Assembly (NCBI GenBank): GCA_012295275.1
Contig: CM022671.1
Coordinates: 8,928,001-8,992,000, forward strand
From: Chrysomallon squamiferum
Lineage: Eukaryota; Animalia; Mollusca
Reading direction: 5' to 3'
Length of the DNA: 64,000 nt
Made by a program: the position numbers and the translations under genes. Positions 39,521 to 53,837 of this stretch are shown piece after piece. Numbering within the stretch: the first letter of the stretch is position 1; each line of letters begins with the position of its first letter. The notes under the pieces were generated by a model. The model searched no databases and was not told the DNA's origin. It was given only the letters and a program-made list of their open reading frames with translations.

Positions 39521-39657
39521 CTGAAAATTATAAGTTTGGATTTTATTTTATTTCAAACACATTAACTATATATTTTAATTTGGACCATTATAAGGTGTAT
39601 ATGGTTCTACACACATGTAAATAATGATTTGCAGTAACTGTGTAGAAAATGAATAAA

Positions 39658-39857
39658 NNNNNNNNNNNNNNNNNNNNNNNNNNNNNNNNNNNNNNNNNNN
39701 NNNNNNNNNNNNNNNNNNNNNNNNNNNNNNNNNNNNNNNNNNNNNNNNNNNNNNNNNNNNNNNNNNNNNNNNNNNNNNNNNNNNNNNNNNNNNNNNNNNN
39801 NNNNNNNNNNNNNNNNNNNNNNNNNNNNNNNNNNNNNNNNNNNNNNNNNNNNNNNNN
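39658..39857. other. Assembly gap (200 N)
   Basis: Run of N of round length, typical of a scaffolding join. Confidence 1.
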
Positions 39858-42420
39858 TAATTATAAATAAAGAAATAAATAAAATAATAAAAAAGACAAA
39901 AGAAATTAAAATAAATAAATACAAAACAACATTTTAAAAAAAATTTTTTGCATGGAATTAAATATAATTATTTAGTTATTTATTATTTTTAGCTTTTATT
40001 TCTAAAAATGTTGAAGTACAGATTTCATATTTGTAATGTTTCTGACTTTAAAACATGCATGAATATAACATTTCGATTATATTTCTTTAATTTAATTATG
40101 TTAATTTTAATTTTTAGTCTTTTTCCATATCTCAGACATTTTAATTTAAATCTGTGTTTGTGTTTTTCTTAAAAATAAAAATCAGTATAAAACTGCCTTC
40201 AAAAACTATAAAATAAAAATAAAAAACATTATAACAAATTATATCTTTGCTCACAACCAACCAATTTTAATGTAATTTCCACCATTTTGTTAACATTCAA
40301 AATAACAACAAAAATCCTTTTCATTCTTTTATTTATTATTAAAATATCTCATTTATGAATGTTTTTGTTTTTTTTGCAACCTTCGCTACAATTATTTCTA
40401 AAAATTTAATGCCAAGAAAAATTCTCCTGTCTTGCTTCATATAACATTAAATTTTAACCTGTCTACTTTTGTAAAATTTGGCCTAACCTTGTTGCAATCT
40501 CTCTTTCATATTACATTTCATTCTAGCTTCTCTTATTTTTCATAATTTTGCCCCCTCTTTTATTCAATTTCTTCTTTTTTCCTGTAATATACACACTACA
40601 TTGTAGCATGTCCCATTTTTTTCATAATTCTGTCTTTCTTATTTGTATCCACAGAACTAAATCTTTAGCCACTCTCATTCTTACATAATTCTTGCCCCTC
40701 TCTTTTTTATATTCAAGTTCATGTTAGTCTCTCTCATACTTCTAAATTTTTTCCTTCCTATTTCACATTATAATTCACGTTAGTTTTCATTTTTCTGTAA
40801 ATTTTGTCCTATTTCACATTAAAATTCATGATAGCTTCATTTTTTTTCTTCTAAATAGTGTCCTTCTAATTTCACATTAAGGTTCATTTTAGTCTCTAAA
40901 TTATGCACATCTTATTCCATGTTAAAGAACATTTCTAATTGTACATGATTTAGTTTTAATAATTTAAATTAATATTATTATTTGACTCAGGCTGTGTTGC
41001 TCATTTTACAGCTGTGATTCCAGCCAATGCAGACCAATATGTGTCAGTTTTATAGATAAGTAGACAACGTGACTGCATGTCTAACTCCTCACACTTCACA
41101 GTGCTTATAAAACTTAGCGAAACACCAAGTTTTAGACTTCGTTAAATTGGATAATAATAATACGTCACAATAATAAAGATGTATAAATTAGAGTATAATA
41201 ACAAAATACTTTGTTTTGTTATTTTAATTAAAAGTCATTAAAAAATAACGAAGAAATAATATTACATCAAATAAATAAATAAAATAAAAAAATAATAATA
41301 AAAAATAAAAATAAATCATAATTAAATAAAATAAATAAAATAGAAAATTAATTAATTAAAAAATAGTAATAGTGTAAGAATTTTTTTAAAGATAAGTAAA
41401 TAAACATATATAAAATTCAATTAAATTTATTAATAATCTGTCAATCTATCAATACATACATACACACATATCAATTAAATTTAAAAAAAAAAGAAGAAGA
41501 CTACAAGTTTTATAAGCACAATACTGTAAACGGTTTTCAAATAATTTGCACTCTACTTCATTTTATTTTTACATAAATAAAAATCAAATGATAAAAATAC
41601 AATTCTATTTTTATTTATTTATTTATTTAAAACACATATAAATACATTTTGTTCTGTACATTTTTTTTAATTGTTTTTATTGATTTTGTGGTTAAGATTC
41701 TTGATAATTCGTTTAAAATATTTCTAAATTTTAAATTATTTCTGTTAATTTTATGGATGTAAGATTTTGTGGATTCTAAATATTCTATATATATTTTTTC
41801 TTTTGAACACCATATTCTTTGAACATTACAAGTCCTCTGTTATCTAGGCATGTGATACATTTTTTATTCTGTACAGTTTATTGTATTTAATATTCATGTA
41901 TTCTGTTTACTGTACTTCATTCTGGCATGAATAAGATTGTGCTTGTTTGTTTCATCCTATTTTAATTAGAGAAGGTTCCATAGAAATATAGAATTTTGAT
42001 TATAAACATTTTTTGATTTTATAATAAAAATTACTCCTGGGATGCTTTTCTTTAAAATTTATAGAAAAAAATTACTCACATCTGTTTTATTTATATATTT
42101 GTTATCATTAATAACTCAGATTTACCAGATGTGTAAATATTGCAATTATTAGTAAAATAATAAATAAATGTTTAAAATAAGACATATCTATGTGTGAGTC
42201 TATGTTTGTGTTTCTGTGTGCATATTTACATACTAGCATGTTTTTTTTTTTGTAAATTAATGAATATTCTACTTAGTACAGAAGTGTAAGTATGTATGTA
42301 TTGTTGTATCAGTATGTGAACTGATGTTTAAATGCATGTGGGATGGATGGGAGGTGAACTGTGACTAAACTAAAACGACGTTGCTCTATGTTGTTCTCTC
42401 TCTACACATACCTGTCACAG

Positions 42421-43503
42421 GACTTACCTGGTGCGCTGGATCGTCGACACAAATCTTATTCTTGTGGTGGCAGCAACCAACTGCAGCTGTGGTGCCAATG
42501 AAAAGATCAGCATAATTCCTGAAGTTATAGCTTATATCCTTTTGTTTAATATCTATGTGTATGTATGTAGGTATAGTTTAATATTTGTTTTTCTATTTTG
42601 TATTTGAATAGAAGTGGGGTTTAGTATATATTTGTAATCCACTTTTTTGGGTACATTTATTTGTTTACATTTCTGGGATAAAACCAGTGCTTCTGTAGTG
42701 TAATTAATATGGGATGGCAGAGTTTCATTTGCTGAGGTGAATGGTTGATATTTTTAAGAAGGACAGAATATTCCACAGTGATGTTACCATGACATTTCAG
42801 CTGCATAAAGATTGTTACATACTGAAGTTTCAATGCGTTAAACCAAATTTGTTTTTGTACTTTTTTAAAAACAAAATATTCATTAATATTATAAATTCAG
42901 AAAATATGCACAAAAAAAATTAAAGGTTTATATATGTATATTTACATATAACATTATACCAATGTTAGCACCATTACTTTTATGAAATTAGAATGAATTA
43001 AATTGGTATGATGATTATATCAGTTATGGCTTTGCTGTTAAAACCCTTAACATTAACACATAATGAAACAGAAAGATGTCAACGTGATTCCAAACTCTCC
43101 CACTTACCAAAAACATATCATGTTTTGATTCATCTATAGAGGTATGTACATCTTTTAAAATATCTTTCTTAATTTTAGCTGATAGAAATTATCATTATTA
43201 TAATTAGTGATAAAAATTCAAAAACATTTTCTTCATTTTTTTTTACTGATAAATATATTTTATGTTATGGTTAATGTTTTATTTATTAATATTCTTAATT
43301 ATCATTTTATAAAGTAATATATATATATACCTCACAGACACACACATAAAAAATGTTAATATTAAATTTAAATTGTGTATATATATATATATTTTTTTTT
43401 CTTGCAGAAAGAAGATGTTTGTGGTTCATCCAGTCTTGTCCATTCCACATTTCACATATTGCCAACCATTGTTTTATCATTACTGACCTTCAGTCTCAGT
43501 TAA
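42421..43503 (+). CDS. CACNA2D: Duplicate of the last three CACNA2D exons (orphan fragment in this assembly)
   Basis: Exons 42421-42533, 43060-43141 (one A short in a homopolymer, frameshift), 43408-43503; AT-AC intron 42534-43059 retained. Confidence 0.8.
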
Positions 43504-46500
43504 AGAAAAGAAATGTAAAAAAACAAAAAGACAAGAGGCCTTTAACAGATTTTGTTTTACAGTTTATACTGTGTATACTGTGTGAAAAATGTTCTGTCTG
43601 TCAAAAGATAATCGTTAAATATTTTATCTGCAGATCCCATAATCTTAATGGCCTCATGCCATTCATAATTCTTACTGAGCAGTGTTTTTATTTCTAACAA
43701 AAATCTGTATATCTCGAATTGCATATCAACCACAATGTGGTGCTCTCTTTTTCTAAAATATCTGAATTCACTTCAATAACACTTGATTCTGGATACTAAA
43801 AGAAAGAAACACAAATTTAAAATATCACAGATCTAACTAAAAGCAGAATAATCTACCAGTCTTTGACATCAGTGTCATACTATGGTACCACAGAAGGCTG
43901 AAAAAAAAAAAATAATAGTAATAATAATAAAAAAAATAAAAAAGACTTGATTCACAATTCAAAGAGAAAACCAAATACAAAATATCACAGAAGATCTTAA
44001 AAATAAAAAATAAAATAATTTCACACACCTAAAAAGTCCCATGATTTTTGACATCTACATCATGCTTGTACTATGAATATATATAAACAATTTCATCTGG
44101 ACTCTAATGTGAAGAGTTACCATGTCAAAAGTAATGTTTTAAAACAGACCAAGCATCTTGAAACAAGCTAAATCTCGGTCCATTTCATTTTAAGTCCAAT
44201 GATTTGCAGATACATTGATCTTAGAATAATCAAAATATGAATTAATGAACTTCCACTCATTATGAATGTTGTTTCTGTTTTTTATTACCCACTCTGTAAA
44301 GTTTTAGGCTTTTCATTATATTGTATATAAAGGTTCTGAGCTTTTCATTGCATTATGTGTAAGGTTCTAGATCTTTCTTAACATCATGTATAAAATTCAT
44401 GATTTTTATCAAATCAGGTGTAACATTCCAAACATTTGTACTGCATATGTAAGTTTCCAGACTTGGTTAAATTATGAGTAAAGTTCTGATCTTTTCATTA
44501 CATCATGCATACAGTTCTAGATTTTTTATATTAGAAATAATATAAAAATCCAGATTTTGTATATTGCATTATATTTGGGGCTCAAGCCTTTTCATTCTGT
44601 CACATATACAGCTCCATGCTTTCAATTGTATCATGTATGAAGTTCTAGTTTTTTCATCATAATGTTCCTGGCTTTGTTTAACATAATGTACAAAGTTCAA
44701 GGCTTTGTGTTAAGTCATGTATATGGCTCAAGGCTACATCACATATAAAATTCCAGACTTGTGTTATATAATGCATACATATCTAATGTAAAAGTATTAC
44801 ATGGTATGCTTTGGTCACTGTGACAAAGTAATTCTTTCTCTCTATGATATTAATATTATTAATTAAACTGTCTGCTTTAACATTTTGAAAGTTGTGGTAC
44901 ATCATTTATTTGTAGACATCATTGTCTTTGCTAGTGACATGAAAGACATGTAAATATGCATATGCATTTCAATATGACATATAATATAATAATACAATTC
45001 ACCACAAACAATAGTTTATTCAATACTATATACAAACAGTAGATTTTTTCTGAAATAAATGTGGTAAAGTCTAAGTATTGTGTTCACCATCTTAAACACA
45101 AAGAGAGGTTATTTAAGATTACATAAACAATTGTATTAAAGTGTAAGAATACCATTCTCCACCTTAGACACAAAACATGGATTATTATTTAACTTTAAGG
45201 TAATGTATTCAGTTGTAGATATATTATAACGTATGTTATTACATAAATTTAAAAGACTTGACAAACAGAAATTAATCCTGTACAGAATGATTCACAGAAC
45301 TGTCATTAGTCTACATTAAAGTGTTCTGTGAGATGCCTTCATGCCATGCACATTTTCAGTGAACTGAAGAAAAAAAATGAGAAGGAAAGAGAAAGTATAC
45401 TGAATTTTGTATGCTGCCTGTATTTCCAGTACATAATGAAAAGTGTCACAGACAATTTAATGCACATTAAACTGTTTGTGACTGATACGTTTTTAGTGCC
45501 TTTCTGAAGTGTACCTTTGTTTTTATCATATGCTGCAAAATAAAATTTAAAAAAAAAGAAAAAAAGTTACAATTTCTATTGAAAGAAAAAAGAAGTTTAA
45601 ATTTTTCTTTTCTTTGTTTTGCTGTGTTTTTTCTCTTTATGCATGTGATTGTGTTTTCATGCCTGTGGTAAAAATCAAAATACTGTGTTGTTGATGACTG
45701 GGTTGTGATACTAACAACATAAAAACATTGCCTTACTTTGAATGTCTTCAGCAGTTTGTTGTAAAATATTGAAATTGTTAACATATTTAACCCCTGAAGT
45801 TTGATTTTGTAATATCCATTAGATAAATGTTTTCTCTGGTGTTCTTATTTTATCTTAAAGTTACTGATTTTAACCCAGAATTGTTTGTTTTCTGATAACA
45901 TTTGATAACCTTTTCCTTGGCTGAAAACTTTAAATCCAGAAAGTAAATCAAATTATTATAGTGAACTCCTGTAATAGGCAGATACATTTTTGTTAGCATT
46001 AAATATAAATATCCATTTAGTATTTTATTAAGTGGAAGACTGGCTAATTGGATTTTTATCATTAGATATAAATATTTAGTATGCAATTTGTAATTCAAGG
46101 ATTATATTTTAATGGGGATGTTTTATTAAATACTTTATTAAAAGGGATACTTATTTGACTGTTATAACACTATATTTTATTAATAATTCTGATATAGAAG
46201 TAACTCAAACAATACTCATTTAGATGGTTTTCAAACTGTGTTAAATGTATAAAAAATACATTTATTTACATCATAATGCATTAATGAACGTCACAGCATT
46301 TGAAAATTCATTGATCAATATAATACCCATTATACACATAAATCAATATAAATAAAATGTGTATATTTCTTTTCTTTTTTTTAAATAGTTCATCCCACCT
46401 GTAATAATATGTAAAGTGTGATGTTTTATGATTTTGTTTATTTTATTGCTAATTGTTACATATGTGTAATATATTATGATACTGACTGTTGGTAATACAT

Positions 46501-49500
46501 GTTGCTGTTTATATTAATTATATTTCTTGTTATTCAGGGTCATGTAAATATTTGCAATTATTAAATATATAATTTATTGTTAATATTTTTCACTCTTCCA
46601 TACTTTTCCCCCACTAATACCAGTACTTTATTAGTTAGAAAAAATTAATTAGATCTGCTGCAAATGTATAATCTGTATTGGTTTTCACTGTATCTTTTAA
46701 CCAGTAACTCTATTTACAAAGGGTACAAAAATTATTTTTAACTTTTCTATCTTTTTTTAAAAAAGAGTGTAATGATGGCCATGTTAAGTTAGGATCCATT
46801 TATTAGCCACATTTTCCCCATTTACCCTAGTTCTGGCTTAATACTCCTACACATTATGATTTTCTCCTTGAGACATATTTTATTTCTCTATTCAGTGAGC
46901 TGACTTTATTGGTTACCATCATGTTAATGTGTGCATTTAGCTGTTGAACATAAAATTTAATCTCAGGGTATTAAACATGACTGATTATTTTGTCTTCTAT
47001 TTATTATGGTGCCTCATTATTTCTCTTCTACACAGATATATTTGCCTGTTTATCAAGTTGTATTACTGCACAATGGATAACACTTAGGAACTTTTTTTTT
47101 TGTAAAAATGTTCAGAAGCTAGGAAATATGTTGGTGCCATTATTCATAGAGGGACTTCCAAATGAGTATACTATAGTCTTTTATGATTTAAAAAAAAAGA
47201 AAAAAAAGAAAAGATAATAGAGAGTTTCTTAAATTCAACCTCATTAAAATAAATAAATAAATAAATATATAAATATATAAAATATATATATAAATTTAAT
47301 TTTGAAAATAACAAATGAAAAAAGTAGGATTATAAGAAATAAAAGGCACAGCTGGTTTTCTTTAGATACTTTCTGAACTACTGTACATTAGTTCACTATT
47401 GTTGGACACTGTTAAATATCCATCATAGATTCTTTGCACTTCAGTTTTATTAGTATACTCTGCTCACGAATATTACGTTAAATCACTATAAATAAATTCA
47501 CCTTTCTTTTATTAATAGACCATTTCTCTTTAAAAATATGCAAATGTTGAATTACTTTTCATCCACATTTGATAAACAACAAGAGTTGTTTTATGTATAT
47601 AATGTCTTACAAGCAACAGTAAATCACTTGTTGATACAGCAATCAAAATTTAAACTACATTATTTTACAATAATTTAACTGGTGTTTTTTGGAATAGATA
47701 AATACTTTCTGTAACAGCTTTTGCTACTGCAGTAAATTAGGCCAAAGTTAACAGAATTTTAGAAATAATCAACAGTATTATATAAAAGAACAGGATTATA
47801 TTCAGCCTATTATTGTAAATGAATCAGTCAGTGAAACATTTTGCCTTGACCGTATATGAAGCTTTGTTCACTGAATTTCAAATAACTATGGATTCAATAT
47901 TGATTAGCAGAATTATAAATTTAAATACATTTCTTTTGGGTGGGGTGGGGTGGGGTGGTGATATAAATAAAGAGCAGATTTAAATTTTAAAGATGGTAGG
48001 TAAAAATTATGAAGTAAGACAGAGATCAGAATTTTAAAGATGGGAATTATCTGAATCCTTAACTGAAAAATTGATTTTATTCAAATTTCCATGATATTGC
48101 TAACAGTTCAACATTAACAATATATAATTTGTTCTTACTTGGCTTAGCTGACTTGTGCAGTTTGTGAATTAATTGTCGTATTAACATAATTTTTGACGAG
48201 TTCAAATGATTATTAAGAGCGAGAGGCTATTTTGATTAGATAGTAAGGGTTCTCATGAATAATAAATAAAATCAGATATATATTTTCTCAAATTTTATCA
48301 TTCTGGGCTTTGTTGAATGGGTAGAAGACATTTTATTTTAACAATGATATCAGCATATTGTATATTGCTTGGAAAATCTGTATTTGTCAAAATGATAAGA
48401 CATTATGTATTTAATGATTCAGTGTAAAAATTTAAAACCAAAGGTAAAACATAAAAATATGATATTTAATTTTTAAAACCATACTTTTTCTCCCTGATGA
48501 AAAATGATTATTTATACGATTTATTTATATATTTTGTTTTTATTTTTTATTTATTTCTAAATTCTGAATCCTGTCATTAGAGATAAATATTTGTGGATTT
48601 TTTCATTTCATGATCTTCGAAAATCAGTTAAACAAAAAAAAAAATTAATTTTCCTACTGAAGTTTTGTTTTGTTACAGAAAATTTAGTTTTTACAAAGCT
48701 CAAGATAAAAAGAGTTCATTTTAAAATATCATTGTTCACTGCCATTGTGTAGTTTGATTAATTTGGCTCAAGGCTTTCCTGGCCTTTTGTATCTATGGTT
48801 ATAAATGTTATTTATGCAAAAATATGAATAAAATATTTCTTATTTTTCACATTTTGTTTTGTTTATTATTTAATTCAGTGCAAATGAATATATATTTATC
48901 TTATATATATATATAACAACAACAGAATATATATATATATATTCTCATGATAATAAATCTTCCAACACTATTCACTGGGCTACTTTTAAAGTTTTCATTC
49001 TTGCAGCCGAGATAGCAGATACCAAGATCTTTAACTGAAATGAAGGAATAAATAATCAATATAAACAAATATCAGGTTGTTTTAAAAAAATAATAATAAA
49101 TAAATAAATAAATATTTCTTAAGTTTAAGTGTGAAATCTGGTTCACATTCTAATTAGCAGCAAGAGATATTTTTTATACTCCTTCTCATGGATGAACACA
49201 CATATACAATAGCATTTGATAAATTGGTTTCAACTGGAGTAAGTTTAGAGGGTGCCCTGAGGAGAATTGTTGCTGTTACTGCTTCTACTGCTCTTCTCAA
49301 CAACATTTTTTAATTTGAGGCAGCAACAAAAAGAAATAATATTCTCCAATTTGAGATATCAGCCTATTAATTAAAAACAAAGCATTCAGTTAAAACATTT
49401 TATAAAGAAAACAAAACAGTCTGTGACACCGGAAACATGAGTTATTTTATTTATAACATGAAAAAAAATGTACAGTCAGTCAATGAAAACATTACTTCTT

Positions 49501-50998
49501 TAAAGTTTAATTGTCCTGCAAATACATATAAATGTGTATTAAAAAGAAATACTGTAAAATATAGTTTTTTACACCAGCCTTTAGGTGAAAACAACAACAA
49601 CAACAACAACAAAATTTGCTGTAATTTACACAAAACTAAGTAACTTGGTCCTGGTTATGTTAATGTAAATTGTTTATATTTTAACTGGAATTGACATTTT
49701 TTTCCCAATAATTGTTATTTTCAACGTTTCACAAAAGTCATTTTTAAAAAGAAGATAAAGCCAAATAAATCCAAAGGAAATATAAAAACTAATAATAGAA
49801 CACTGAAATGTCCTGTTTTCAAAGCTCAATAGTGTTCTTCATTTATTTTAAAGAAAATATTTTTGCTCATAAATAAAATATCATTTAATTACTTTCATCA
49901 CATTTTTCATTATTATTTTGTACAACTTTATAAAATATACCATACATTCTGGGTTGGGGATTCTTAAAATTATAACAAACACTATTATGAATAACCTCCT
50001 ATATATAAATTAAATTTATTATGTTTTAGTAAAATAATTATTACCTGAAGTATGTAAAAAAAAAAATTGAAGAAAATATGGACTTGAATATGTAAATTAA
50101 AAAAATAATATTCAAAAGTGAAAACTAGCAAATCTTTGAGGTATGATTTTATAATCCACATCTTTGGACTATTTGAAATGCATTTAAAGCAATTTCAGTT
50201 TCAGTTATATTTACATAACTTTTGGAAGAAATATGGTCATATTTCACTGCTGTACAAAAAATAAATAATAATAAATAAAGAAATAAAGAAAGAAACTACT
50301 GTTAATGATCATATTAATTATCTTCATTTTGAAAATTTGGTGCTTTTGTAAATGGACAATAATAATAATAATAATAAAAAAATAAATAAATAAAAATAAT
50401 AATAATAATAAAACACTCACAAACCAGCTACATAATTTAGCTTTAGTCTAATTCTGTTAGAACTGTCACAGTTTAGAATATTTACAAAACATTAGTCAAA
50501 ACAATCACTCTATGATTTAAATATCTAACAAATTATCAGGCTCCATTATAAATAATTCTGTTTAATTAAGCTAAATTATATAAAATATGTAAATAGTTTA
50601 ATATAAATATACTTTGATATTAGAAATTTTAAATTGCATAATTTAATTCATATACTAAAAAGATCAGTGACTGACTAAATAATATCTAAATTCAACTGGA
50701 ATAAGTCAACTCAAATGTATATTTCTTAATTTGGACAAAATAATGTATTTAGAAACAGTTAATAAAATCACTGATTTCAGTGGTGGATATGTTTCAAGTG
50801 ATTTTACACAGCGAATTTAATTTGTGAAGAAAATTATGAAAATGCTTTAACCTACAGTAAACATGATTTTCGGAAATTAGTAATTTAAAAAATCTGACTG
50901 AATGTATTTAGTAGTATAAAATGTTATATTCTAATAATAAAATACATTTACAAAGAATCTGAAGAAAAATACATTATAAAACTTTATGGAAGAAAATA

Positions 50999-51622
50999 TT
51001 ATGACATTTTCACCTTAACACTGTCTTGAAAACTCTGACAGCAGGCAAGCTTGTATGATGCTTGTATAATTAAAATGACTGGTATAATAATCCATAAACT
51101 GTTCATAAATACAAAATAAAACCAGAAATACTGTGGATGGTACATTTCTCCATGTGTGAAGTCTTCTTGGATTTCTGTCATGAAGTACAAAGTGTCTCCA
51201 TACAGCTCACAAAGGGAAACAATTAGCTGTAAAATATACCGGTATGGGCTGTTGCGGAAATACGCTATCACTGTAAATATGCACAGGGGTCCATCTACAA
51301 AGGCTGTGATTCTTTCCATACACAGTACAAAGGTGTCTGAGCTGGAATAAGAAAAAGTAAGAACAAATTTGAAAAATTAGGTTATTACGTTCTGTATCTA
51401 AGTTCCTTTTAGCAATGTAATGTGAAAGAGGAAATCCACTATTGCCACATCAGTGACTCTGTTATATGTATCTTCTTAGAGATTAGTAAAAAAACATAAC
51501 TGATTATTAGCTGGGAAGAAACATAATGGGTGCACTGAAGAGAGACAGATACAGTTCTGTCCAAAATTCCTACCACTGAGTAATAGAAGGTTCAAACTCA
51601 AAGGAAGAAAGATGAAAAAATG

Positions 51623-51653
<31 letters not shown>

Positions 51654-52945
51654 TGGTAATTTAATAATAGGTTTTATCATTTATCACCACATCATAATTC
51701 TTTCACTTTTATTTATTACTCTCTACTATTTTATGACTTAATGATCCAACCTTTTCGGTAAAATTATAAATAACAGAATGTTTTGGGGTTTTTGTTGTTT
51801 ATTTCACAATGTTTTGCAAATACTTGTCAATGATACTGAATTTGTATACATAAATGGCACACCATGTCAAGATTTCAGTATTTTAATCCCTAAACTTTTG
51901 TAGTGTTTTATTAGTAGATATAATCTACAACACTCCAATAACCATTTTAAGAGGTCACTCACTACCTTAATTTGACTACAATATCTACAACTGTCACCAA
52001 AATATGAATAAACAGATAAATACATTTTGTATAAATCTCCTGATTTCTGGATCATCCCCTCCTAATCATAACCAATATTTACTGTTATTAAAATTAAGTG
52101 CTACAAAAAAGATAAAACAGCTGTAACAATAATAACGAAAACAACAACAACTAAAAAACTAAAATATTTTTACTGTTTTTCCTTATTCTGACTTTTATTT
52201 AAATTTATTTATGTGAAATAACATCAGAATTAAACTGGGAAAATATCCTCACGTGCTTGCTATTTATTTTATTTGTCATACTTTATTATTAACAAAGATT
52301 GTTGGAAAAGATAAAAACTAAACATGTAAGTTTATTAATTTTTTACGTGGCACCTAAGCAGAGTGTGATTTTGTCTCCCTACTCTGTGTTGTTTAAAATT
52401 AAAAATCTCTATATTTCGGCATAAAATAAATATGAATGACACTTGACAGTAAAGATTTAAAATAATTTATTCTAATATATTTTATTATTTAAATTTTATT
52501 AATGCATTTCTAGAAATTTCTCTAGACTTGTTCAGTAACATAAAAAAATGGCGTTAAATAAATAATCTAAATACAAACCTTAAATACCGACTGTCACCTT
52601 TGCTGTATTCTTTCCCTAGAAATAAAAAATTATATTTCAATCAGAATTTTTAAAACATTTTATTTAAAAAAAAAGGTATCTATATTTGCATGCTTAAAAA
52701 AACCCAGAAAAAAACCCACCCCTCCAAAAAACCTCACACAACTCCACCCCTCCCATAAACAAAAAACAACCCCTGAAAAAAAGAAAAAACAGAAAGAAAA
52801 AAGAAGAAACAGATGGTGATGACAGTAGCAGATCTGTGGGACATTAATAGATTATATCATACATATATAAATAGCTCTCATAATTATACTTGAACAGAAA
52901 TTCATAAAAAAAAGTATGTCCAGATTCATGAGATAACAAGAATCA

Positions 52946-53030
<85 letters not shown>

Positions 53031-53430
53031 ATAAAGAAAATTCTAAATTCTAATAGTAATAAGTAAATAACTTACATATCTGACCAAGAAAGGACATTCT
53101 TCCTGCCAAAGTCTGATGATAAATACCAAAATATCCTTCCAGAATGGAGTGAATAATGCCGGACATTACGAACCAGCAGAGGACCAAACGCTGTGTGAAA
53201 GAGAATCTGACATTTGTCACAGAACTAGCGTAGATCCATAGCAGAACCAAACATACTCCGATCACACCGAAAAATAAAAGAAAAAGCTCCACAGTCGGAA
53301 TTTCGTTCGGAACATAGTGAGGAAGTTTAAGATCCCTAGGATAATATGGATGCATCGGTTCTGAATTCATACTTTCGAAAAGTAAACTACCAGTGTTATT
53401 AACACTTCGAAACACAGGCGAATAAACCAT
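50999..53430 (-). CDS. EBP: EBP, copy 2
   Basis: Exons 53430-53076, 52615-52579, 51341-50999; protein matches copy 1 except the C-terminus KVKMS vs KVKLS. Confidence 0.93.
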
Positions 53431-53804
53431 TTAAACAGTTATGTGACTTATCTACAACCTACCACCCTCATCTGCCGATTGAAAAAACCAATCAAAGTTC
53501 TCGCCAGCGAAAGGGGCGGATAATTCATTTATAAATACAGTGACAAAGCCGTCACTTCTCGTGGTATCGTTCCGGCTTTTATTTATTAGTTTATTATAAT
53601 TATTTTGTAAACATATAAAATGCTTATAATATTTGTTACCAAGTTTTGACAACAAAATTGGGGAAAGATTCCGATCATTCCGGATCCCACCCTCCAGCAT
53701 GCAATTTTTGAATTACAGTAGAGAACTTTGTTTCATTATAAAACTTTGTTTCATTCCAAAACTTTATCGAGTCATGACTGTCAAAAAAAAAAAAAAAAAA
53801 AAAA

Positions 53805-53837
<33 letters not shown>

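Larger units (their letters stand above)
19475..39657 (+). repeat. Copy 1 of ~20.2 kb direct duplication (probable uncollapsed haplotype overlap)
   Basis: Near-identical to 39858-60050; ends exactly at the N gap. Confidence 0.95.

Noticed and set aside
50999-53430. EBP gene family expansion
   Set aside because: Lies within the gap-flanking duplication that is best explained as an assembly artefact.
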